This document shows positions 29,793-39,813 of a stretch of 64,000 bases of DNA, piece after piece. Location: positions 15,990-79,989 of IMG/VR virus record IMGVR_UViG_3300021958_000045; one strand, written 5' to 3'. The notes beneath the pieces are model-generated. The model was not told the origin of the DNA, ran no database searches, and saw only the letters and a program-made list of their open reading frames with translations. Made by a program: the position numbers and the translations under genes. Position 1 is the first letter of the stretch. The number at the start of each line of letters is the position of its first letter. This stretch comes from a virus (Duplodnaviria > Caudoviricetes).

Positions 29793-29805
29793 TATTAATT
29801 ACACT
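29793..29805 (-). promoter_or_regulatory. Candidate late promoter (GTGTA motif) of the giant ORF
   Basis: AGTGTAATTAATA, 6 nt before the ATG. Confidence 0.55.
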
Positions 29806-29821
29806 AAAGTCGAGAATTTAT

Positions 29822-30907
29822 CTAAGATTCATCTAAGAAATCCATGATTGATAACGTACCTTTTTTCTTTCCTTGTTTGTCTTTTGCCAAATTGAATATG
29901 TCCTTACCTTGTCTTTCAACTCCCATTTTTTGATAATCCTCTTTATCCGCACCGACCATTGAGAATGATTTTTCTGAATTATTTCCTTTTTCCATAAGCT
30001 TTCTTGCTTTTTCTCCTTTTTCTGCCCACTCAAGGAGTTTGTCAGGATCTCTATGAAAATGCTTTGGTGGGGAAGTATGTTTAATAATCGATCTTAAAAC
30101 TCTCGCATAGCTTAATAAATTAAGTTGATAAAAACTAAGTTCATGAACAGCTTTACCAAAAAATTCCACTGGAGATTCTTCAATTAAAGAGAAATACGAA
30201 GTAAAAAATGGAGAAACAGATAAGTCCTTAATGGCTTCGATATCTAATTCTGCCATTGAAGTATTATAACATTTAATAATTAGAGCAATATCTTCGTGAG
30301 AAAGATAATCTTGATCCTCTGAAGCAAATAAAGGAGAAGAACATAAATCATCTTCATATAAAGAATAAATCATAGTATAACTATTCATTTGAACATTTGC
30401 GTAGGCTTCGCAAGTAGTACCAATATGTTTTTGTCTTTTCGCTTCTTTTTCTTTTAATTTTTTTTCAACTTGATCTATACTTTTTTGAACAGTTGCGACT
30501 TGACGATCTAAAGTAAGTTTTAATTTTGTTTGCTCTAAATTTTTAATATACTCTTTTTGGGATGCAACCCATTTTTCATCTTCTTCTGTCCACAATCCAC
30601 TATCATACATTCTTTCTAAAGCTTCTTTTTTTGTGGGAATTCCCCCTGACTTAGCTTTATCAAAATACTCTTCATATTTTTCATCTAGATGAATTTGATC
30701 TTGCAAAGAAAAGTGCTTTGCATAACCTTTGATTATTTTTCTAGAAGAATTATACAATACACTACTCTTTGGAGGTTCAATTTCAACTATCGAAGAACCT
30801 TTAATTAAAGAATTTAAAACTTTCCTGAGCCTAATTTCTTTAAGCTCTTGAATTTCATCTATGCGTTTATCTTCTTGCTCTTTATCTTTTAAAGCAGTTT
30901 TTGCCAT
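29822..30907 (-). CDS. Putative tail assembly chaperone (pre-tape-measure gene)
   Basis: 361 aa, charged coiled-coil, immediately upstream of the tape measure gene; call is positional. Confidence 0.5.
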   Translation of the reverse strand: MAKTALKDKEQEDKRIDEIQELKEIRLRKVLNSLIKGSSIVEIEPPKSSVLYNSSRKIIKGYAKHFSLQDQIHLDEKYEEYFDKAKSGGIPTKKEALERMYDSGLWTEEDEKWVASQKEYIKNLEQTKLKLTLDRQVATVQKSIDQVEKKLKEKEAKRQKHIGTTCEAYANVQMNSYTMIYSLYEDDLCSSPLFASEDQDYLSHEDIALIIKCYNTSMAELDIEAIKDLSVSPFFTSYFSLIEESPVEFFGKAVHELSFYQLNLLSYARVLRSIIKHTSPPKHFHRDPDKLLEWAEKGEKARKLMEKGNNSEKSFSMVGADKEDYQKMGVERQGKDIFNLAKDKQGKKKGTLSIMDFLDES

Positions 30908-30923
30908 GCATTATGGCCCTAAA

Positions 30924-31790
30924 TTAAGAATCAATTTCTTCTAGCAAGCGATCAAAATCTTCTTGATTTGAAACTCCGCTCATATACCAAATGGTAGTAA
31001 GAGAACTAAGCTTATCAATTGATCGAAGGTAAACTTGATCGTTTTGTTCATCGAGCTCTAAATAAGACTGGTACTTATCATCATAAGTTTCTCCAGGAAA
31101 TAAAGGAATCGTTTCTGCATCATCTTGATCTCCATAAGAAACATGAGTTAGGTTTAGCAAATACCATGTGATGGTTTTATTTCTAGCTTTAATGTCTGCA
31201 GTATGATCAAACATACTAGCTTGAACTGCTTCAAAATCTGTAAGTTCTTTTCTGATAATACCAAGCTCCTCTACAGCAACTCTTAACCTTTCATTTTCGT
31301 CATTACTTCTTTCATCTTCAGTTTTAAGGCTAAATCTTTGCACTGCTTGTTGCTTTTCATAAAGCCTTACATATAATTGAGAATAGCGCTGTTTTTCTTC
31401 TTCGGTTAAAGATCCGCCGACATCAAGATGTTGTTTTGCTAACATAGCTCTTGTAAGCAATCCCATTTTAATGTATTTGTTGAGCCAAATACTATAAAAC
31501 ATATCTCCATCCTCTAATTGGGTTCGAGTAGGCTTTCGCAAGACAACCCTAACTGGCTGCTCCTCAACTACGTCGCGCATTTCGGTAGCAATTTTTTTCT
31601 CCTTAACCTTGCGCTTTTCGGTAACGAGAACTTTTTCCATTTTCCCCGTTTTTTTATTCTTTCTTCTTTTTTCTACTTCAACTTCTTTTTCAACCTCGAC
31701 TTCCTTCTCAACTTCAACTTCTTTTTGAGAATTTACATCAAGAGAAATTGAGAACGAATATAATTCTTTGTTAATTGCAGTGACAGCCAT
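30924..31790 (-). CDS. Putative tail assembly chaperone
   Basis: 288 aa between the tube paralogues and the tape measure gene; KEVEVE x3 repeat; call is positional. Confidence 0.5.
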   Translation of the reverse strand: MAVTAINKELYSFSISLDVNSQKEVEVEKEVEVEKEVEVEKRRKNKKTGKMEKVLVTEKRKVKEKKIATEMRDVVEEQPVRVVLRKPTRTQLEDGDMFYSIWLNKYIKMGLLTRAMLAKQHLDVGGSLTEEEKQRYSQLYVRLYEKQQAVQRFSLKTEDERSNDENERLRVAVEELGIIRKELTDFEAVQASMFDHTADIKARNKTITWYLLNLTHVSYGDQDDAETIPLFPGETYDDKYQSYLELDEQNDQVYLRSIDKLSSLTTIWYMSGVSNQEDFDRLLEEIDS

Positions 31791-31847
31791 GATAAATAGT
31801 TAAACTAGAATATTATATCTAGTTTATAAAAAAATTACAATTTTTTT

Positions 31848-32621
31848 TTAAGTGAAATCTGTCACCGTCATGGTTCCAGTCAAAACGCCTCCCTCACTTA
31901 CGGTAACGCCTTGCGAAGTAATATATCCATTTACTTGACGTTTCCAGTTTCCTCCACAAAGACCCCCTAATTGTAATACTAGAGATTGCATTTCAGAACA
32001 TCTAACTCCGCAGTCCCCAAGAGAACCGCTTAAATTGTCTCCCTCCATAGTTAATTCCTCTGTGCCGTCTGTACGATATTTAAAAATTGGACAAAAATCT
32101 CCGAGCCCATAAATACTATCAAAACCTTGAGACAAACTATAAGACGCTCGAAAAGAATCTAGCCCCACGCTTGTTCCATTTCCAGCTCCATGCAAAAGAT
32201 CTCCTCCAACCGCTCCTTTATCAGACACCTCCTGCCCACCTCCTTTTGGCGTACTATTTGGATCTAATGTTGGCGGAGCAAAAAACTGAAAACTGGCAGA
32301 AGATGTTACAATTTGGTTTGGCTCAACGTCTACAGATAAATCAGTGAGCAATCCATCCTGACCAGCACTACCACCAATTTGTATATTTTCTCCTTGAGAC
32401 TCGGGATTTAATAGTTCAAAATATTCAGGATCTAGGGCTGAACCAACAAATTCAAAGTTTGCATCTCCACCAGCTGGTCCAGATGGAACAATACCAATCG
32501 AGCCTCTATAACCTATACTACGAATTCCTTCGTACCCTTTCTGAGCATTCATGCTTGCGCTTGAAGCAAAGAAATCGTGCTCGCCAATCTTAACTAAAAC
32601 ATCTGAATAAAATATCGCCAT
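31848..32621 (-). CDS. Tail tube-like paralogue (likely start MAIFY at 32621; track gives 32645)
   Basis: FRASYSLSQGFDSIYGLGDFCP aligns by eye with tube IQSFTLDVPMSRTPLNRIGSVFP. Confidence 0.5.
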   Translation of the reverse strand: MAIFYSDVLVKIGEHDFFASSASMNAQKGYEGIRSIGYRGSIGIVPSGPAGGDANFEFVGSALDPEYFELLNPESQGENIQIGGSAGQDGLLTDLSVDVEPNQIVTSSASFQFFAPPTLDPNSTPKGGGQEVSDKGAVGGDLLHGAGNGTSVGLDSFRASYSLSQGFDSIYGLGDFCPIFKYRTDGTEELTMEGDNLSGSLGDCGVRCSEMQSLVLQLGGLCGGNWKRQVNGYITSQGVTVSEGGVLTGTMTVTDFT

Positions 32622-32623
32622 AC

Positions 32624-32636
32624 ATATTAATACACT
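32624..32636 (-). promoter_or_regulatory. Candidate late promoter (GTGTA motif)
   Basis: AGTGTATTAATATGT-ATG. Confidence 0.5.
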
Positions 32637-32641
32637 AAAAA

Positions 32642-33493
32642 TCAATAAGAAAGACCATTTAATATTTTTTCTAAATGATTTATATTTGTAATATAAGATT
32701 TATAAGAAAACGTTGCTTCAAGAAATTCATGTATCGAACCGCTTTGACTATAGTCCATAAGTTTTGCATCTTTCATAAAAAAACTTCGAATAGCATCCCC
32801 ACTTTCACAATCTTGAAAAATTAAAGATAAATCTTGTATTTCTGGCGCGCAAATAAAATCAAATAAATTTTTAGACTCATAATCGTCTACATGAAGAACG
32901 AATTGACAATCCACCTGTATTGGAAATTCAGTTCTAAAATCTATAGGCTCTAATGATCCTAATTTAAAAATAGGTTCTCTATCAACGTTAATTTGAAAAT
33001 TAAAAGATTGAATTCTATTTGTTGAGTGACCAGCAACATTCAACAATATACTTCTTGGAGAAGCAATCATAATAGATGAATCTCTTTCTGGGGTTTGGCT
33101 TAAAAATATATCTGTATCTCCTCCAGAATTACCATAACATAATAAAGAAAAATTTAAACTAGGAATACCTCCTATAGCACATTCGCAGCTATAATTTGTA
33201 ATTTGTGCTCGAGAAAAAATAAAATTTTTTCCATTTGTATATAGATTTTCTCCATAGATATCTGTACTTTTAAATAATTCAACCAATGGATCTGTCGAAG
33301 AAACCATGAATCTCTCTATATCACAAGTAGCAGTCATTGGTTGTTCTACCACGCCTCCCAAAAAACCTCCATCTCTGCCTACTGCATTTACATAAGTTTC
33401 TTCTGCGGACCATGCCACTTGGCAGCTTTGAACCCCTCTTATTCTTTCTTTATTTATATATAAATCTTGAGTATCATGCTTATGCCCTCTCAT
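32642..33493 (-). CDS. Tail tube-like paralogue (likely start MRGHK at 33493; track gives 33508)
   Basis: RIRGVQSCQV...INAVG-like and RIQSFNFQINVDREPIFKLGSLEP match both halves of the tube protein. Confidence 0.65.
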   Translation of the reverse strand: MRGHKHDTQDLYINKERIRGVQSCQVAWSAEETYVNAVGRDGGFLGGVVEQPMTATCDIERFMVSSTDPLVELFKSTDIYGENLYTNGKNFIFSRAQITNYSCECAIGGIPSLNFSLLCYGNSGGDTDIFLSQTPERDSSIMIASPRSILLNVAGHSTNRIQSFNFQINVDREPIFKLGSLEPIDFRTEFPIQVDCQFVLHVDDYESKNLFDFICAPEIQDLSLIFQDCESGDAIRSFFMKDAKLMDYSQSGSIHEFLEATFSYKSYITNINHLEKILNGLSY

Positions 33494-33497
33494 AAAC

Positions 33498-33509
33498 AAT
33501 ATATACACA
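33498..33509 (-). promoter_or_regulatory. Candidate late promoter (GTGTA motif)
   Basis: TGTGTATATATTGTTT-ATG, directly after the terminator U-tract. Confidence 0.5.
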
Positions 33510-33538
33510 AAAAAACCCCTGCCTTTCGGCAGGGGCTT
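33510..33538 (-). terminator. Rho-independent terminator after the tail tube gene
   Basis: AAGCCCCTGCC-GAAA-GGCAGGGG-TTTTTT on the minus strand. Confidence 0.9.
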
Positions 33539-33578
33539 ATGTTTGTTAGATTTTCTTAACTTAAATCAATTACACGAA

Positions 33579-34895
33579 TTAACCAAGGGATGAACCTGGA
33601 GCGTAAGTTGCAGGAGCGTCAGCGTCTTGACCGTATACAATTGGATCACTTCCGATTGCATAGTCAGCAGTGTCAGTCTTCCACATGTAGAGACCGTTAC
33701 CAGTACCGTTAGCACCACCTTGTTGTGTGCTGAATACCAAATCAACAGTCTTGTTATCTCCAATTGAAGAAGAGAAGTTTTGACTGTCTAAGGACAATCC
33801 TTTGACCAAGTATTCTTGAACGATTTCTGCATTGTCTCCAGAATCATCATCAGCAGAACATGGTTGGCGAAGAGTGATACGAACATTACGTTGCTCAGCG
33901 TCGTTACAAAGAAGATTTGCAAGAGCGCCATCAGCCAAGTCAGACATCAATGCGCTAACACTAAGAGTGATAGTCATTGGGGTGTCAAGCTCACGACCAT
34001 ATGGAAATACGCTTCCGATACGATTAAGAGGAGTACGTGACATTGGAACGTCCAAAGTAAAGCTTTGGATGTGACAAGCACTATTTGTTTCCATGAATGC
34101 ACCACCCATGGATACAGATTGACCGCTTATGTCAGAAGAATCTTTAGCACCTGCAAGACCAGCGTCATTGAAGTTGATGATGATATCGCCAGGACGTACA
34201 CAAGCTACATCATAATCACCAGCTTTTTGTCCAGCAAGTGAACCAGCAGGGAAATTTGGAAGATTACCAGCGCCTGTAACCAAGCTACCTGCACCATCAG
34301 TTTGAGGATATAATGTTGCACCAGTTCCAGAATTAAGGGCTGGGTTAGCAATGTTTGTACCAGAAGATTGGAATACAATATTGCTAGCTTCAACGCTTAC
34401 GGAACAAGTAGCGATATCTCCAACTGCAGCTTCAATGCTGTAGCTGGTAAGAGAACCGTTTCCGATTCCGATAACACCTTCTTGAGCACCATCTGCAAGC
34501 TCATTGTTGTCGTCACCATAAGAAGCTACACTGATATAATAATTTTTATCATCAGAAGCAGCAGTCATGAAGCCAGACAGAGCTTGCTTAAGTTGCTCGT
34601 GCCCAGTTGCGTCGTCAGTTGAACGATCTGTAGTAAATTGAAATCCAAGATTTTTTTCGTTATGTCCACCGTGAGCATAGTAGCTGAAGTCAAGATTGAC
34701 TGTGGGTGGCTCAATCACTTTTCTCTCGATTGCAGTCAATTGACCGAATTCATTGATATCGGTACGGTTAATTTCTACACCGTGAGATATGTCTTGTACA
34801 CGAAGAAGCTGATTGGCGGAGGAAAGATTATGATGTTGATCTTTTTCCGTTGCGAATAAAGCTTCTGATTGATAGATTACTCTGTTTCTAGCCAT
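33579..34895 (-). CDS. Major tail tube protein
   Basis: 438 aa, beta-rich (RVQDISHGVEINRTDINEFG; IQSFTLDVPMSRTPL; SSIGDNKTVDLVF), followed by a strong terminator, between neck and chaperone genes. Confidence 0.75.
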   Translation of the reverse strand: MARNRVIYQSEALFATEKDQHHNLSSANQLLRVQDISHGVEINRTDINEFGQLTAIERKVIEPPTVNLDFSYYAHGGHNEKNLGFQFTTDRSTDDATGHEQLKQALSGFMTAASDDKNYYISVASYGDDNNELADGAQEGVIGIGNGSLTSYSIEAAVGDIATCSVSVEASNIVFQSSGTNIANPALNSGTGATLYPQTDGAGSLVTGAGNLPNFPAGSLAGQKAGDYDVACVRPGDIIINFNDAGLAGAKDSSDISGQSVSMGGAFMETNSACHIQSFTLDVPMSRTPLNRIGSVFPYGRELDTPMTITLSVSALMSDLADGALANLLCNDAEQRNVRITLRQPCSADDDSGDNAEIVQEYLVKGLSLDSQNFSSSIGDNKTVDLVFSTQQGGANGTGNGLYMWKTDTADYAIGSDPIVYGQDADAPATYAPGSSLG

Positions 34896-34980
34896 AATTT
34901 TTAATTTTTGATTGTAAGATTAAGGGTTACTGTATATTACATAGTTAAAACCTAAATGAGAACTTTTTTTTAAAAAAAAA

Positions 34981-35892
34981 TTAATAAGTATCGCTTCTGG
35001 GTCTCCGAATACTAGAAATTTCAAAATCCATAAACCCAATCCTCAATCCTTGAGGTATTTGCGTACCTGATCTGTCAAATAACTTTGAAACTAAAACTCT
35101 TTCAATAAAAGCAGGAAAACGATTTTTGATCTTATTTTTTACAAAATCTGGATAGCTATAAGGAAACTCTTTAACTCTAAAAAATTCCCCAAACGGAAAG
35201 TCTTCAAATTCTACAAGTTCAAATTTAGTTTTTTGAGCGTCTCTAAAGAGTGACAATACAGCATCCAAGCTATAATTACTATCTGTAATTACTACTACCC
35301 TAATGACAGTTCGAGTATCATCTACTCCACCCATAGCCCATGGTTCATTTGATGAAGAGTTTAAACTTATAAAAGCTGCAGGCAAAGAATATTTTTTATC
35401 TCCTAATTCTGCCTGTTGTTGCAAATATGTAGGCTCTCCTGCAATATCACTCAATATAAAATCATTTTGAAGCAACAACTGCTCTTCGGTTTCATTTGTT
35501 ATATAAACATTAATTTCTTTTCTTTTGAAATGTCCACTAATAGTTTTTGTTGATAAATCTTGCCCTCCTTGAGAAACTGCTGGAGCCAGAATTCTGCCTT
35601 CATTATGATCAATAATTAAATTATAAGGGCTAGTAGCTTGTTCTTGAAAAACAGAATCAACATAAACTCCGCTTGGTTCAGATATGCCATTTGCAACGAA
35701 TTGTCGGTCAGCACAATAATAAGCGTCATAATTTACTGGTAGATCCAAACCTCCACCATCTTCGCCTCTAACAACCACATCAAAAGATTGCCCATCTGCA
35801 GGCTGAGTATAAGCTTGAGCTGTTCTAGTTAGTCTATCGTCAAACCACAGATAAAAACTTGATTGTAAAAGATGATCAAATTGCTCTTTCAT
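34981..35892 (-). CDS. Putative tail terminator/completion protein
   Basis: 303 aa with LPAAFIS...PWAMGG...IRVVV pattern, just upstream of the tube gene; mostly positional. Confidence 0.5.
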   Translation of the reverse strand: MKEQFDHLLQSSFYLWFDDRLTRTAQAYTQPADGQSFDVVVRGEDGGGLDLPVNYDAYYCADRQFVANGISEPSGVYVDSVFQEQATSPYNLIIDHNEGRILAPAVSQGGQDLSTKTISGHFKRKEINVYITNETEEQLLLQNDFILSDIAGEPTYLQQQAELGDKKYSLPAAFISLNSSSNEPWAMGGVDDTRTVIRVVVITDSNYSLDAVLSLFRDAQKTKFELVEFEDFPFGEFFRVKEFPYSYPDFVKNKIKNRFPAFIERVLVSKLFDRSGTQIPQGLRIGFMDFEISSIRRPRSDTY

Positions 35893-36473
35893 TTGGAAAT
35901 TGTTTTAGTTAAGTCTGCGATAAATGTGGATAATATTTTAGTCATGTAAGACTTTGCGCCGAACTGACCACTACGAATTACACTTTTTACTTGAATAGCC
36001 TTGCCAGATCTACTAGCAGAAGAATCCGTGACTAAATATTGCCCCAATCCAGGAATGCCCATTTCAATTTCTCTAGCCCAACTTCTACCAGGAGCCCAAG
36101 GCATAGGAGTCAATTCTTCAATTTCTTCTTTGGTAGGAATATCAATTTGAAAAGTTGCTTCAATATCGTTTTTTAAAGAACTAATAAATTGAACTTTAAT
36201 TCCTCTAGTTAATAATGCCCTTAAAGCATTTGTTGGTCGATCTCCAGACTCAAAACCGATAAAAGAAAATAAGTCTCCGCCCCCAGGTAAAGATGAACCT
36301 GAAGGTCCTCGATCAAGATCTCTTGTGACATCATGCGATTCAAAAGCAAGTACCATTTTTGTTTGAGCTTGTTTAATATCTTGTCTAATTTTTCGCTCCA
36401 TTTGTTTTCTAAAGCCCATCGAATACTGCTTAGAAATTTCTTTTTGCAAGCCCTTCATGTTAATCCAAGCCAT
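35889..36473 (-). CDS. Putative neck/tail completion protein
   Basis: 194 aa, position in the head-tail joining cluster. Confidence 0.45.
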   Translation of the reverse strand: MAWINMKGLQKEISKQYSMGFRKQMERKIRQDIKQAQTKMVLAFESHDVTRDLDRGPSGSSLPGGGDLFSFIGFESGDRPTNALRALLTRGIKVQFISSLKNDIEATFQIDIPTKEEIEELTPMPWAPGRSWAREIEMGIPGLGQYLVTDSSASRSGKAIQVKSVIRSGQFGAKSYMTKILSTFIADLTKTISK

Positions 36474-36475
36474 GA

Positions 36476-36928
36476 TTAATCCTTTCTTTTGAAATATAAA
36501 ACGTGATATTTTGTTACAAAAGGTCCTGTAAAACCAGAGTCACTAACTAGTTCATATAGCTTGCCATCAATTTCTACTTTTGAAGCTCTTTTAATTTGAG
36601 CGTAACCTGTTTCATCAATTTTTAATCTCACTGATCCATCAGGTAAAGTTAAGTTTGTTTGAGCGCTAGTTCCAGATAACCTAGAATCTTCAGTAGTGTT
36701 AACATATTCGATTCTTGCTTTTGCAGTAATTTCAGTGACTTTGCCTAATGTTTTTTGTTCGTTTTTTAATCTATTATATAAAGCATTATATGTACTGGTA
36801 GAAGTTGAAACAAACGTTTCTGTTTTTCTTTGAAAAATTTTTATTTCTTGGGCAAAAGTTTCATGAACGTCGTCTAGAGCTGCCTCAATTTGACTACGCA
36901 TGTTTGCATCTATTAAATTTTTCGCCAT
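36476..36928 (-). CDS. Putative head closure (stopper) protein
   Basis: 150 aa, beta-rich C-terminus (KVEIDGKLYELVSD...YHVLYFKR); position. Confidence 0.55.
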   Translation of the reverse strand: MAKNLIDANMRSQIEAALDDVHETFAQEIKIFQRKTETFVSTSTSTYNALYNRLKNEQKTLGKVTEITAKARIEYVNTTEDSRLSGTSAQTNLTLPDGSVRLKIDETGYAQIKRASKVEIDGKLYELVSDSGFTGPFVTKYHVLYFKRKD

Positions 36929-37506
36929 TAGGTTTGCCTTGGTTTTGCACCATGCATGTTATAGGCAATAATTAATTGCTCCATATGACTTTTTGCATCA
37001 TTCATAAGCTCTCTATATTCTTTTGCCATTGCATCTATATCTACAGTAGAAGAAGCTGAAGTAACTGTGGCTCCAGACGAAGTTGTATACAAAGGTTGCC
37101 TTTCTATTGTTGTATCCCCTTCAGATATTTTCGTCCAATCACTCATTCCCAAATATACTTGAGAAGTTGAGCTTTGATTGCTTCCAGTTGTCCCCGTGGG
37201 AATTGTGATTGTTTGGCCTAATAGAGTTTTTCTTGAAGATTTTTGATAGTAGTTGGCCATATGCATTTGCGTAAAAATAGCAGCTTCTTCATAGCCAAAC
37301 GTATAAGCTAAAGTTTCTGGAGCAGCAAAATAACCGCTAACTTCAGCAAATTCAGTATAAATTCTATTATTTAACTTACCTATATTTGCGCACAACCAAC
37401 CAGAAATTCTAGTTGTGCTTGATAGGGTTGAATCCCCATCAAATTCATTATCAAATATTTCTTGGGCTAACTCCCCAACTTTATAGGTTCCATCTATGTT
37501 GTACAT
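36928..37506 (-). CDS. Putative head-tail adaptor
   Basis: 192 aa, helical, two genes downstream of the capsid gene; positional. Confidence 0.45.
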   Translation of the reverse strand: MYNIDGTYKVGELAQEIFDNEFDGDSTLSSTTRISGWLCANIGKLNNRIYTEFAEVSGYFAAPETLAYTFGYEEAAIFTQMHMANYYQKSSRKTLLGQTITIPTGTTGSNQSSTSQVYLGMSDWTKISEGDTTIERQPLYTTSSGATVTSASSTVDIDAMAKEYRELMNDAKSHMEQLIIAYNMHGAKPRQT

Positions 37507-37518
37507 TATTTTTAAGCA

Positions 37519-37908
37519 TTACTTTTTTGACCAAATTTCATCAATCTCTTTTTGCAGCGCAGAATTAGGAGCTCGCGTAGAATTATTTATTGGGATTTGT
37601 TTAATGCTTTCTGCTCCTCCTCGCATATACTCACTAAACCCCTTTTCTATTTTTTTCTTTAAAACCGTCCTGTTTCCATTTGGAAAAATTCCTGCAGCTA
37701 CAGCCATTTCCCTCATATCTGAAAGATTCATAGATGATAAAGTTTCTTCTAGTTCTCTAGCGGAATTCACTTTATATGGGTTATTTTTCTTTATACCCAT
37801 AATTTCATTAATATCTTTTTGAAGTTGAACCTTTGCTTGTAACTCGTCTGTTACAGATTCGTCTTTTCCGTGAATTGTGTCAGTGATTTTTTTCTTTGAT
37901 TTAGCCAT
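37519..37908 (-). CDS. Hypothetical protein with possible Rho-N/SAP-like helical motif
   Basis: LSSMNLSDMREMAVAAGI...RTVLKKKI; SD-like GAAAGGG upstream. Confidence 0.45.
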   Translation of the reverse strand: MAKSKKKITDTIHGKDESVTDELQAKVQLQKDINEIMGIKKNNPYKVNSARELEETLSSMNLSDMREMAVAAGIFPNGNRTVLKKKIEKGFSEYMRGGAESIKQIPINNSTRAPNSALQKEIDEIWSKK

Positions 37909-37932
37909 AGTTACCCTTTCTTATATTATACA

Positions 37933-37944
37933 ATATCATACACA
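37933..37944 (-). promoter_or_regulatory. Candidate late promoter (GTGTA motif)
   Basis: TGTGTATGATAT, just after the capsid terminator. Confidence 0.45.
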
Positions 37945-37966
37945 AAAGTCTATTTCTTGTGAAAAA

Positions 37967-38000
37967 CAAAAGGGCCTGCGCACGAGGCACAGACCCTTTT
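37967..38000 (-). terminator. Rho-independent terminator after the major capsid gene
   Basis: AAAAGGGTCTGTGC-CTCG-TGCGCAGGCCCTTTTGTTTTT imperfect hairpin plus U-tract. Confidence 0.8.
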
Positions 38001-38022
38001 GAGGAGTGGGGGGAACAAAGAA

Positions 38023-39156
38023 TTAGATCTTGATACCGTAGAGTGCCCGATTGTCAAGAATAACTCGACCTTCTTCCAGGCTTCCATAATATCCGATCTT
38101 GCCTTGGCGTACGCTGTATTGATCGTCCACAGCCAACGAGAATTCAGAACCAGTGTCTGAATCAGTTGCAACAGCTCTCCAAAGAGAACTAACTGAAGAA
38201 TCAAGACCAATAACAATTTCTTCGGTTGAATCATTAAAGCTACTAACAGCACTTTTGCTGCCAGCGGCGGCAACCATTTTTCCGAATACTTCATTGAAGC
38301 GTTCGCCCTTACCAAGTTCAGAGAACTCTTGAAGACGAATTCCAAAGAATTCAGGAATACCAGCGTTACGCCAGAGACCTTCACGCATAGAGTCAGTAGC
38401 AGCGATTGTAGAATCAGCTACGCCATCTCCATTACCCTTTTCAACTTTAACACCAGCAGAGGTATTAACAGGATTGTAAGCGAGCGAGCGAAGGTTTTCG
38501 ACAACCTCAGGGGATACCAACAAGTCAGTGACTCCACGACGAGCGCTGCTGTCGGGAGTTCCGCCATACCAGGACTTATGAATTCTCTTGGAGAGAGTAA
38601 TAAGCTTATTGAAATCTTCCAACATGAGCTTGCCATGAGGAGATGCGTGGATGTGAGAGATATTATTGGTTTTAGCTTCCGAAAGAGCGCCGAGAAGAAG
38701 ATTAGCAGAAGTAGTTTCTTGCTTGATCATGATTTCTTGAGCGATACGGGTCATGCTTTTTCCGATAACGTCCATGCGGGACTTTGCAGCATAGCGTTTT
38801 TCGAAGCTGATAGCACTATCAAGACGATAAGTGGTGAACTTCATTTCGCTATGAGTGGGTTGTACCTGATTGGTTGGTAAACCACCAGCAAGAGATTGAC
38901 TCCAGGTGTAAATGTAATCTTCGTCAGTTACATCGTAGTAGAGGTCAAGAGGAAAGCTGGGGTTATCTTCAGAATTAAAGGTAAAACTTTGAAATTTGTT
39001 GGCAAGCGTAGGAGCTTGATTAACAACTTCTGCGAGTACGGGAGCGATGAACTTTGCCAAAGCGGCTTGTGCTTCATATGCAATATCACGATTGCTGGAA
39101 GCCATTGCTTTTACAAGTTCTACTTGCTCGTCAGTGCGTTTGAGTGTAATTTCCAT
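38023..39156 (-). CDS. Major capsid protein
   Basis: 377 aa after protease-scaffold and decoration genes, followed by a terminator; HK97-like C-terminal pattern (GYYGSLEEGRVILDNRAL). Confidence 0.8.
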   Translation of the reverse strand: MEITLKRTDEQVELVKAMASSNRDIAYEAQAALAKFIAPVLAEVVNQAPTLANKFQSFTFNSEDNPSFPLDLYYDVTDEDYIYTWSQSLAGGLPTNQVQPTHSEMKFTTYRLDSAISFEKRYAAKSRMDVIGKSMTRIAQEIMIKQETTSANLLLGALSEAKTNNISHIHASPHGKLMLEDFNKLITLSKRIHKSWYGGTPDSSARRGVTDLLVSPEVVENLRSLAYNPVNTSAGVKVEKGNGDGVADSTIAATDSMREGLWRNAGIPEFFGIRLQEFSELGKGERFNEVFGKMVAAAGSKSAVSSFNDSTEEIVIGLDSSVSSLWRAVATDSDTGSEFSLAVDDQYSVRQGKIGYYGSLEEGRVILDNRALYGIKI

Positions 39157-39177
39157 AATTATTTTTCTCCTATATTA

Positions 39178-39792
39178 TTAAAGGTCTAATTTAACTACTG
39201 CGTATGTACCCTCAAATTGGTCAGCATTTCCGTTCTGAGAGGTGCGAGTACCTACTCCAAGAATTGTGCCAATAGCGCCTGAAGAGCTTGTACCAGGAAC
39301 AAGTTTACCTGCATCACCTCCTGAACCTGCGGTGACATAAGTGTCGGACACTTGAGGGGCGGTACTAAATGCAGTCTCGGCCAAAGTAAAGATTCCTTTG
39401 GTAGCAACAGGAACAGCTTCTCCAGAAGTTACTGCATACAACTCAGCCTTCTTTTGAGGATAACGCAGAAGATTTTCATCGTTTTCGTCATGAGTAAGAG
39501 TCTGAGCAAGAGTAATTCCCAAAGGAACTCCGCCGTCACATTTTGTGATCTTAAGGGGAACGGATGGGTAGTAGTTACGAGCAACGTAAGGATAATTTCT
39601 CTCACCGAGCAATCCGCCGTCAGCGGCGTTAAGCTCGACAGGATCTTTATCCATGTCTTTCGCACTCACGGAAACGAGCAATCCAGCGTCTGCATTTGTA
39701 TCCGATGGTTTGGTGTTAACCGCATCCATCGAAAACAAATTAACAACGTCGTTCTCGTCGTACTGTCGGAATGGTAATATTCGAATAGCCAT
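39178..39792 (-). CDS. Putative capsid decoration/cement protein
   Basis: 204 aa, Gly/Val-rich, between the scaffold and capsid genes (PLGITL, VTSGEAVPVATKGIFTL). Confidence 0.65.
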   Translation of the reverse strand: MAIRILPFRQYDENDVVNLFSMDAVNTKPSDTNADAGLLVSVSAKDMDKDPVELNAADGGLLGERNYPYVARNYYPSVPLKITKCDGGVPLGITLAQTLTHDENDENLLRYPQKKAELYAVTSGEAVPVATKGIFTLAETAFSTAPQVSDTYVTAGSGGDAGKLVPGTSSSGAIGTILGVGTRTSQNGNADQFEGTYAVVKLDL

Positions 39793-39813
39793 GTTATTTC
39801 TTTGTTTTAAAAA

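Noticed and set aside
31660-31730. KEVEVE x3 (18-bp) repeat
   Set aside because: Simple low-complexity expansion within a chaperone; no further signal
29822-31790. Programmed -1 frameshift between tail chaperones (lambda G/GT type)
   Set aside because: The two ORFs do not overlap, the second has its own ATG, and no clear slippery heptamer was seen at the junction
38329-39777. Plus-strand ORFs of 97-183 aa opposite the capsid and decoration genes
   Set aside because: Antisense shadows typical of highly expressed genes with biased codons
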